Made by a program: the position numbers and the translations under genes
Source: Raillietiella orientalis
Lineage: Eukaryota
DNA length: 64,000 nt
Assembly (NCBI GenBank): GCA_036172245.1
Contig: JAYWIR010000039.1
Location: forward strand, 1,674,001 to 1,738,000
Direction of reading: 5' to 3'
In this document: one piece after another, positions 54,070 to 64,000 of the stretch
Layout: every line of letters begins with the position of its first letter
How positions within the stretch are numbered: the first letter of the stretch is position 1
Notes under the pieces: model-generated
Told to the model about the DNA's origin: nothing
What the model saw: the letters and a program-made list of their open reading frames with translations, nothing else
The model's database searches: none

Positions 54070-55074
54070 TTAATTTGAAGAGCTAACTATTTTGGATACA
54101 TTTTTTCTGCCTGAAGTGCTATGCTTAAGCTCTGTGTTTTCATCATGTATCAAATCCACATTTACTGAAGGTGGAATAAGCAAATCTTCACAGTCTTTTA
54201 TGGCACTGATGATATGTTGTAGATTCCAGCACTTTGGTAGTAAAGCAGACTCCAATGAGAATGGACCATAACGGATACATCTGATCTTTGTGCAAGTAGC
54301 AGCAGTTCTTAATGCAACACCTATATCATGAATTAAAGTTTTGAAGTATATTTCATACTCATTTACACACTGCACTTGAATATCAAAACTTGGCGGATCA
54401 AATCTAACCAGTAAGATATCATATAAAATTGGAGGGGTACAACCAGCAACTCTTAGAAGACCTTGATTAGCTATTTCATAAGCTTCTTGACTGTTAAGTG
54501 CTACACCACAGTACTCATACATTTTTTTGTGATGTGCAGCTTGAATAATGCTCAAGACTTTTTCCATTTTATTTTTGGTGGCATGTTTGTAGGTGGTTCG
54601 ATAAACAACTTTTCCATCCTTATAATTTGTATCTGTATTAAATCCAAGTTCACCACTTAAATGATAACTTCTAACTGTCCTACTGATTTGCCACTTACGT
54701 GCCACATAGCATTTGTCATTAATAGCCATTATACTAAGACCAGAAGTACAATATCCCAACAAATGAAGCCATGTTAATTTAAAATCTTCTATCTGATATC
54801 TATCTCCAACAACTAACGGATGATCAGCTAAATTAGGTTGTGCAACCACTCTTAAATCAGAATTTGCATTTCCTTCAATCTTAATAAAATTTGCAGGAGG
54901 TCTAACCGAGAGCTTATTTAGATCCTTACATAAGTTGTGTAAAATTGCTGCGCGAACGGCACACACGTCTTTTTCGGCCGGTTTGTAGATACAAAATATG
55001 CCATTTAGTTGCTTCCATGCATGTGGTGCGTAAGTGCATGACCTACACAAATGTTTATAAACTCTGGCAAACAT
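54070..55074 (-). CDS. TRUB2: Mitochondrial pseudouridine synthase TRUB2-like, single exon, 334 aa
   Basis: LNGIFCIYKP, LADHPLVVG, LNSQEAYEIANQGLLR, FDPPSFDIQVQCVNE, LIHDIGVALRTAATCTKIRCIRYGPF are TRUB2-type segments; the N-terminus is basic and targeting-peptide-like. Confidence 0.9.
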   Translation of the reverse strand: MFARVYKHLCRSCTYAPHAWKQLNGIFCIYKPAEKDVCAVRAAILHNLCKDLNKLSVRPPANFIKIEGNANSDLRVVAQPNLADHPLVVGDRYQIEDFKLTWLHLLGYCTSGLSIMAINDKCYVARKWQISRTVRSYHLSGELGFNTDTNYKDGKVVYRTTYKHATKNKMEKVLSIIQAAHHKKMYEYCGVALNSQEAYEIANQGLLRVAGCTPPILYDILLVRFDPPSFDIQVQCVNEYEIYFKTLIHDIGVALRTAATCTKIRCIRYGPFSLESALLPKCWNLQHIISAIKDCEDLLIPPSVNVDLIHDENTELKHSTSGRKNVSKIVSSSN

Positions 55075-55279
55075 AAGAGCCTACTGCAACAAAAACAATT
55101 GATGATGTAATCAACGCACGCCCTCTTGAAATTACATCTTCATTCCAGAATAAATGAAGAATATTATTGTCGGAAATTCATGACATTAGACCATACGTAA
55201 TGCGCTCATATTGTTCCAACTATATGAACAGCTAAAGAAACATCACCACTTCCTTCACGCAAATTACAGTTGCAGCATA

Positions 55280-55500
55280 CAACTCTGTGAGTGTCATAAC
55301 TTCAGTGGAATCGTCGAGCACTTCCACCACAACACAACTGATTGCGCTAAACTCGCTTATTGCTTACCTAACGATTACCAAGGTGCTTTTAACATTCTTC
55401 TCAATAACCACTTGGTTAAATGGAAAAACCTCATGCTTTCACATCTACGCACATTCGAATAAGGAACATTTTGTGACCGCCTCGGTTAAACTTGCACATT
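55280..55500 (+). mobile_element. Short LINE RT fragment
   Basis: STTTQLIAL...YLTITK with a frameshifted GAFN resembles RSTxxQL...FLDIxxAF. Confidence 0.3.
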
Positions 55501-56099
55501 GAGTTTTGCGTGTTGACCAATTTATCTCCTATCACCCATCGCATGTATTTTCTAAAGTTGCAGAGATGAAACGCGTACCCAGAGGTCTCCTGAGATCGTC
55601 GCCATTCTGTCCACCAGAAACAGAATCTCTGCACTTAATCGTTGCTGATATCTTCAGAATATAAATCCTTAAGAGTCACATCAATCATATGCAAATCTTG
55701 AATTGAACTTCGATTCTCTGCTTTCAAAACCTGTGCAAATAACAAAAACATGTCAGGTTAAGATACTTCAATAATAAAATTTAATTTAAGGTTTCATCAT
55801 TCCCTTCAAACCATGGGGAAAAGTTGCCATTCCCATTTTATTCAATAGATTTTCTGATGACTAATTCCTAAGACTATTCTTATAATCCCAGGGAGGAAAC
55901 AGTAACCGTGCTTTAATTTCTTGAATGTGTATTTCAGAGATTTTGTTGTATAATCTTAAAACAAACTTTGGTGAAACTATTTAGTAAATTAAAAATCATA
56001 AGAGTTAATATATATATTGCCTGCCTGATGTTTAAGCAGACTATCATTCTGATTTTATAAGTCTTAGGTTTGCAAATATTGAAAACGTGACTAAGGTCG

Positions 56100-58600
56100 C
56101 ATTATCCAACACTACCAGCAAGTGAATGAAGAATCCAGCGAGAAAAAAATTAACTCATCCAGTTTGGGGAGCATTTTAATTAGAAACGCATCAATGAATG
56201 TCGTAAAATGAATGAGCAAATGAAGAAATCGAAATAAAAGAAACAAGACTCTACTGCAGAATATGGAAAAAAATTATTGGAATTCTCAACAAGTTTTTCA
56301 GAGCTCTAAAACTAATCTATAGCATAAAAAATGGATACCTATGAAGACAATAACTGCAGCAGAGCAACAATTATCAGTATTGTAAAAAAAAAATCCTGTG
56401 ATCTAAGGATTTATCATCTTAATGATTCATGAAGAGTGAAATTCAAAAGTTTCGAGTTCGTAGATTTACTAAAACAAACAGATCCAAAGATTTCAAAAGA
56501 GTAGTTCACTTAGTAAGTATCTGAAATCCCTAAACAACCAAATTAATTGCTGCAAATGTTTAATATGCTGCAAACTGCTAAATTAGAGCTGCAACTCACG
56601 CCATATTAATTATTCACCTTCTGGATAAAGATTCTGCCTAGAACTTTTGTGATCCTTCTAAAAAATCGTTTCTGTAGAAGCTTTAAGAAGTGCTGTATCC
56701 TTAATCCTGTGAAGTTACACTAATAAAAAGTTTTCGGTGCCCACAACTTTGCAAATACACCCATAAGAGAAAATACGAATCATTTAAAATGGAATCTTCT
56801 TTTAATGTAGTTTGTCACTGGAACTTGGAGCCTTTTAATCTTTTAACTATGGAAGGCAGTGATTAAAGTTACCAGTTTTAATCAAAGAATGTGCTACATA
56901 TAAGTAGAATTGCTTTGATTTCTTTTTATCCAAATGAAATTCAGTTCTTGATGAAAAGTAGAAACGATACACGGAGAACGATAATCCTACTGTAAAGTTT
57001 TGGCTTAAAAATATCCCTACACATGCAACACAAATACTTTCTTGTAATCATGCGACCTGAAGGCAGAATCTGAAAGAAAGTAAGTGTATGAAAGTTGGTT
57101 TCTTTCTGATAGTCTTTCTCTTCTAATGAACTCCCACAATTCTTTTTGATATCAATGGCGTTTATATCATCTTCAACTTCGGTTTCAATAAGAAAGAGGA
57201 TGGTTTCAAATTAGGAATATTCAGTTGACTTTCTAAAGCTTAATTTTATCTAAAATGATTAGTATCTGCACATTAAAAGTCAGGAATTCCAGCTTTGATA
57301 CTCTAACACAAGCTCTTTCTGCTTCTCACAGGCCGCTTATCTGCAAATATCCTTTCAATTTTTCGAAGACAACTGATAAATGCAAATGCTGTACACATAG
57401 TTAAAAATGACAAACGCCAGGATTTTGACCATAGGATCTAATGTGCGGCACACAGACCACATCATACAAAATTGTTTATTTGCAACGAATAATCAATATT
57501 CACCTTAGACTCTTCCTAAGTGTGGGTGGCATTTTGATTCCTGAACAATAATATTCAGGAAACTAGAGTAAAAGATGAAAATGTCCTTAGAAATGCCCAC
57601 CATGTGATTACCTATCTAGTCTCTTGTTTGTTTGTTTTTCTAGTCTCTCGTTAGTTCCAGAGAACTACAATACATTTACTCTGTGATGACTATACAGTGA
57701 GGGTGCATGTGAGGTTTCAAGTAATCACTCGTCTTGAAGGTTTTGGAAATGGAGAGACGCACCTCTTTCAGCAAAATCTGTCAACGTGCAAGGTGGCTGA
57801 TAAAATCAATCTTTCACCCCCACTAACTTTTTGTGTGGTTATAAGCAGCAAATTGCTCTGCAAAGCGCAGTAAATATGTTGTGGGTGTGGAGTGCAATGT
57901 CGAATGCTGCTAAATTCAAAAACAGTCAGCTCGAATACAGAGTTCTGCCTTTTTCGAAGCACTTCCCTGCAAACATAAAACTGTTGCAGAGCAGTTGGAG
58001 CTTAAAAAGGAATTCATCACAGGGTTCGAAGATCATGGTTACATAGGATAAAACATTGGGAATTAATTATGATCCGAATCTATATAACTGAAAGTTGGGA
58101 GGAACAGTAGCAGCACTTGTTCTTCGAATCATGCGAATACGAAATGGTCTCACATCCCATATTCGGGTTTCTCGGTTTCGGGCAACATCTTTCCAACAAA
58201 AGTTGAATACTCAGAAAGTGAAAACGAAAGGAAACGGGAATAGAAACAAATATCTAACATCTGTTTACAAGTCCATGAATGATATACACGTTCTCCTCCC
58301 TTAATCTGAGAATACTTTCTGGATGCTATTAATATCTTATCCGCTTCGATGAAAGTTTGGAGCGCAAGATTTTTGTAGCATGTACCAAAACTTGAGCACG
58401 AAGTGGTTGTACAAGATCATGACACAATGAAGCGTATAAGGCAAAAAAGTACTAGGCACCAGCATGGACAGAGAATTAATGCTATGTGTATGAGAAAGAT
58501 TTTGTAGCTGATCGAAATTTGTAGTCGCAGAACTGTTGCTATATCGATGAAGAATGGGTTGGTGGTAAATTTTATAATGTAACTCAATAATGAGATGCGA
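56100..58600 (+). mobile_element. Very old LINE (APE-RT) remnant
   Basis: Scattered motif-like pieces in order: FGEHFN (~56163), GDAPLS (~57752), VADKI (~57793), KTLGINYDPNL (~58051). Confidence 0.3.
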
Positions 58601-61600
58601 CTCAGGTTGTTTATTTAGTGCACAAATTGCACAATCATGTCCGAAGTCAAATTAGTAGATGGATCTCACACTTTCTAGGATAATACGAGAGAGTTCTCCA
58701 TGACCCAGAGCTTATGGAAAGGTAAACCGAGATATAAACCGAGATACGATTTTCCTGAAATCAGCTCAAAATTAATAATCAAATGATGCGGACAAGAACT
58801 GGTGTTTTGCAGATTAAGGAAGTAAATCTTCCTATTCTCTAGTATCTCAGTCATGTATTACGATAATGCTTTGGAAGTTAAATATGTATGATTTTCCATG
58901 GAATTTCATAAAACACAGTTGTGTGCTTTCGAAGTGCATACGTGTCGAACAACGATTTGCATACGTGCAGCTGCTCCCAGTCATAAAAGAAAAGTCCAGT
59001 CGGTTTTTAAGATGAAAAACCCAGCTGAAATCCCTGCGAGGAATGTTGATATTCCGATTTTCGTGATTTCGACTCGGACTTTTGGCAAAAGCATATTATA
59101 TTGCGTTGTGATCATTTTTCTTTTACATCCGGTATGCTGCTGTTTTCTTGGATGGCTTTAGTGTCACGATTCTATCTTGTACACCTCATGCTTTTAATGT
59201 TCAACCAACCATATTGGAATCTTGTATTTGTGTTATAAATGATCGGAAAAGATGATTTCGAATAGACTGAAGATTTGAAATTGAAAAATATGTACTATGT
59301 ACAGTGCGCATGCGATATATTCACATTTTCTGGATTCAAAATTTTAAAAGTGTTGCCTTTATAGGATGTTGTTGATTGTATTGAGATGGGTAGTCGAAAG
59401 AAAAAAAATTAATTTTGGATGATGAAATAAAAGAAACCAAATTGTTCAACAGTAGCATGCATTTTTATAATCAAATGAACAAATTTAGTAACATTACAAA
59501 AGTAGAAATAATGATAATTTCTGGTAAATGATGATGATGCGTTATAAAATTTGATTCAAACTTCTTCACGAGTGCTTTTTCCCGTATTGTTCTCAGGAGA
59601 AGAATATCATGAACAGGAAAGCAGGCACTTTCTGACCACTCAGTGGCTAAATTGAATGAGTGGTCAATAACTTTGTGAAATATCGAATTTTTGAACACTA
59701 TCGCTCTCATCTAAATTTCCTTCTGCATGCTCCAAAGAAGCGTTTGTAATAGCACCTGGATCATGAACATGATTTCATTGGTTTTCTCCTTCCGCCCATT
59801 CCATAATCTCAGAGTCAGCTGCTTCATTTTCTCTCTTGCTATGGAATTAATCGTGTAGCATAGTATCTATCATCTTCATCCGTAAAATAGCCAATCGATA
59901 AATTCAACTCGATTTCTTCAGCTGATGAATACAAATGCTTAAAAACATTTACAATAATGTCTTTGGAATGCATTTTCATCAATTAATTAATGATCTTCTT
60001 TTGTTTTTGTTTTTTTCATCTTTAAGGCGGTTGAAATTTTTTGTTTTCATCGAATGACAGAAAACTCAAAATGTTGACTATATCAAGGCCTGCTTATGGC
60101 TGAAGTTTCTTTTATCAAATGTGACCATATCGAGCGTGCGCTGTACTTGATGTAAAATTCGTTTTCTTCTCTTATGGACCGCTATTTTGAAATTTAAATA
60201 TGGCATGTTTTACGTGCTATTCAGTCCGACCTCCCTACAACATAATTTTCCTTGTAAATGGTATTAGCTGAAGAGTTTTATGCGACATCCAGATTCTGTC
60301 TTAACGGAATCGCGTCCCATGACAATTCTGTAGATCAAAATTTGCGCATCATTTGCTCTGCTGTCATGTTCTCGTCCCCTATTCCGAGATTTGAAGAGGA
60401 AATACAAAGAAGTAAAATGTCGCATGGCAGCAGTGGAAACTTAGGATTGGCTCGTTGTGTTCCGGCGACCTGTTCTGTTGTACTTGGTATTTGATGCACA
60501 GAGATTATTTCCGCACAACTTGAGGTCCTTTTTTACATTTTAATATGCAGGTACGAATTTTCGGAATTCTCCGAGAGCGGCAACGCTTCTCATGGAACTC
60601 AAGGATGAAACCCAACAACAGATCGCCAATTTTAAATGCCCTCAACTGGAGATCACCTTCACCATGTGGGGAAACAGAAATTCGCGGATGAATGAATAAG
60701 CTGTATTGGCCTGTGTTTTCTACTTGATTTTCTGATTAAGAACTGTAGCATTCAGTGAAGACTTTGGTTTCATGAATGTCAATGCTTAAATCAGTTCCCG
60801 TGACCTAAGACTACATTGATTTTCATGGCTCCCAGCTGTATTCTATGAATCCCTTCTCTGAGACGCACCGAAACATTTGAAATGCACAGTTGTGATTTTA
60901 TATGAACTAAGTCATCGTTTCGGAGAGCCGCCCTTGAATGAACAGTGGTCAGTTGTTTTGCTGACTGTTCGCTGGTCACGGAGTACAGCATGAGATCGCG
61001 AAGCGGATTATTTCTTCGTAGCGCTCCCATCCCAAGCAATAGGAGTGCGTATCCTGCTAATTATTCATTATGCAAAGAATGCTTCGAAACCCTGTAACCA
61101 TCTCACCTGTGTTTTTTTAGAAGTTTGTTTTTCGGTAACATTTTCGAAAAAGAGAGTTCAACTCACATGGAGTGCGAAACTAAAACTCAACGAAACAAAC
61201 AAACCAAAGGTTTTCCAAATTCAAGCTGATACCAAGAATATATTATTTAAAAAATCATCTGCCTTTTGAAGCATTAAGGCATTATTACGCATCTGTGATC
61301 AAAAACTGGCAGGAAAAAAACGTGTCTTTTTAAGAAAGCTATGAATCTGAAAGCTAAACTCTGTCGTTTATTCTTCGATATTCGGTGAGAGTCTCTTAGC
61401 TCTAGGTCCTGCTCTCAAAAGTTTCCTTCCTACGGACGCATAGGAAAGGATGGTCGCGGTAGAGCTGATTTTGATTTGTGGAAATACAACGTAGGAACTA
61501 CTTTTGAAGAAAACACAGTCGTTTTGGCTTTACAAAAGTTTGGATTCTGATTTACAAATCTATGACTGGTGAACTTCAGGAAACACAGGACCATTACTTG

Positions 61601-64000
61601 TAATAATATCATAAATGCTAGTTGAAACAAAACAGGAACCTGAGGACTATAAAAGACTGTTAAGCTAACTTAATTATCTTAGATGCAGTAAAAATTCACT
61701 GAGAATCGTGAAGTACCCTTACGTCACATCGGAAAGCTGTCGAAATACAAGTGGAACGCATCCGGTTGGGTGTTCCTCGTAGTCAAATGACGTCATTCAG
61801 TTTACATGCTAGGCATAAATAAGTCGTACTTCACGTTGTCTTCAGCGACTGTTTTTGATGGGTTTATCCCTAACTGTATGAAAAATGATAATAATCTCAG
61901 CAAACTTAGTTAAAGATCTTGCATACTGATTGTCAGGATTTTCTTTGAAACGATTGTGTTCAAAAGCTTTTACTGCATAATATAGAGGTGGATATATCGT
62001 TAATAGTACAAAAAGCTTACAGTATTAATAAGAATGTCATTTGAGTGATAACGATATATCAATATGCTATATGATACATTAGATAATGTAATAATAAAAG
62101 GGTACATACACATGTATAATTAAAATACACACTGACATCTCATTCGCATAAAGCAGCGGATGCTTTATGTGTTGACAAAAATTTCAAGCACACTTTCTGA
62201 TTTGATTTGCAGTTATGAGACAAATTTCTCTTTACTCATGCTGCTTTTATGTGCTTTGCTACGTATACTATACATTACAATTCATTGGACTTTTTTTTCT
62301 AATGATTATAATTGACATTTTTTCATCTACAGAAGTAAACCACCGTTTTATAAAAACTGATGCGTTATGTCCATCATCTCTTAGATTTTCTCAAAAAATG
62401 AGCTCACATTCATGGATTAGTAACTGTATGATGTCACTCGTTTTACTTATGTTTCAATTTGATTTTAAACTGTGTCGTTTTCTTCCTTAGAAGGTATGCA
62501 CCACATTGCATAGTTTTCAAAACTGTCAAATAATGTAAATGAATTCTTTCGCTCAAGGTAATCGAACTCTCAAAATCACCAAGCACACTCAAACCAAACC
62601 ATACGCAAATTTACTCAGATTAAAAGTTAATCCCCTAAGCATGCACACTATTTTAATCACTTCTAGAAGTATAATTATATGCCCAAATGGTTTTGCATAT
62701 TTGAGTAAAGGTGAACTTTGGCTTACTCAAAATCCACAATTACGTTTTCTATATTCACTATGATATAATCGGATATTCGACGGCGTAAAATGCTGCAATC
62801 TGAAATAACGAATCTAATGAAGGTGACTCTATTGAAATGAGGAGAGACTATGAGAAGCACCATCCTTGAAAGGTCACTATGTAGGTGAAATAACTAAAGC
62901 ACAAGTAATGTTTTGGAATTTAATGGAGAATAAAATTTGGGTCAACGAAAGATGACCCAAATTTGCTCAAGAAAGATGAACACTCTTCACTGCAAATGCC
63001 TCATTTTGTTTCAAAGGCATAAAATTAGTAATTATGAGTATTTGGGTTCCATTTCTGTTTTCCAAGTGTTAAGCTTGTTTTTCTGCATGTTCTAATAGTC
63101 TGGACCCTGGAACCCGTTATCTATTATTTACGATAAATGCTGTAACAAAACTAAAGTTCCAGCATAATGCAGAAAACTCATTTCAATAACAGTGTGCACT
63201 TCCCAACCCATAGGAGTATGCAATTCTGCCAACCTCTCCAAAGCTTTCAAGGATATAAAAAACGCCACTAGTTGATCTTTACCTTTAAACATAGTAATAT
63301 TTCTTCATTTTGTACATTCAATAATGTTATAAAACAGTTCAAACCAATCAATCGGTGCTTTAAAAATTTCCAGTCAATTCTTCAGTTTGAATACTCCACA
63401 TGTTTACACAAAACAAAATCAATGCTTATTTAGTGACAATAAAAATGCACTGAGGCATCACAACAGAAGTGCACACTTCCTCTTATATATTAGGGTTTTA
63501 GCAAAAACCCTGACTAAAAAATCCCATTACCACTTTTCAATTGTGGAAACATTTGTGGTAATGCCAGATAAAACAAACAATATGATGACTTCACTGATCA
63601 TGTGGCAACAAATCAAACACATTAGCTTCAACAATCATGCAAGGATGTATGCAATATGAATGTACCTGTTTAAACAGGAAACTCAAATTAAAGGTGAAAA
63701 AAAATAAAATACGAAAAAATTCTTATAAACTGAAAGCTACAAGAAATCTTTTAATGAACCAAAAGTCAATACTTTTCAGATTTGATATAAAATAATTATG
63801 AATTTACGCAAAACTTTTTACAAATAAATGTGTATTGATAAAATAACATTTTACTGAGAAAAGTATTGTGACATGGAATGCCATTCAATTAAAAGAAGTA
63901 TAGTTTCCACCAAGACCTTGACCATTAAATGTGCGCATGGCACTGTATGCATCCACTACAGAGCTAGCTGATGTATATCCAGTAGAAGCAGCAGCTAAAT

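Overview
AT-rich animal (arthropod-like) genomic DNA with six intact protein-coding genes, most with very short introns of about 41-55 nt. The genes are domino/p400-SRCAP (+, two alternative C-termini), ARF1 (+, absent from the ORF track), an ABCB6/HMT-1-like half transporter (-), SUPT3H (-), KDM3/JMJD1 (+) and TRUB2 (-). The intergenic blocks hold decayed L1/Tx1-like and NeSL/R2-type retrotransposons, an internally deleted piggyBac, a probable hAT remnant and a probable mitochondrial insertion. Four observations stand out. (1) A young 943-bp GC-rich insertion (20445-21387) has a perfect 14-bp target-site duplication, a tRNA-like A/B-box head, a strand-specific array of C(UUCG)G hairpins and an A-rich tail. 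(2) A ~330-nt multi-stem RNA structure begins at the stop codon of the short domino isoform, in the interval where the DOM-B/DOM-A choice is made. (3) The ABCB6-like ATPase domain has lost its signature motif and H-loop. (4) Convergent ARF1 and ABCB6 share back-to-back poly(A) signals. Family assignments come from motif recognition by eye; no database searches were run.
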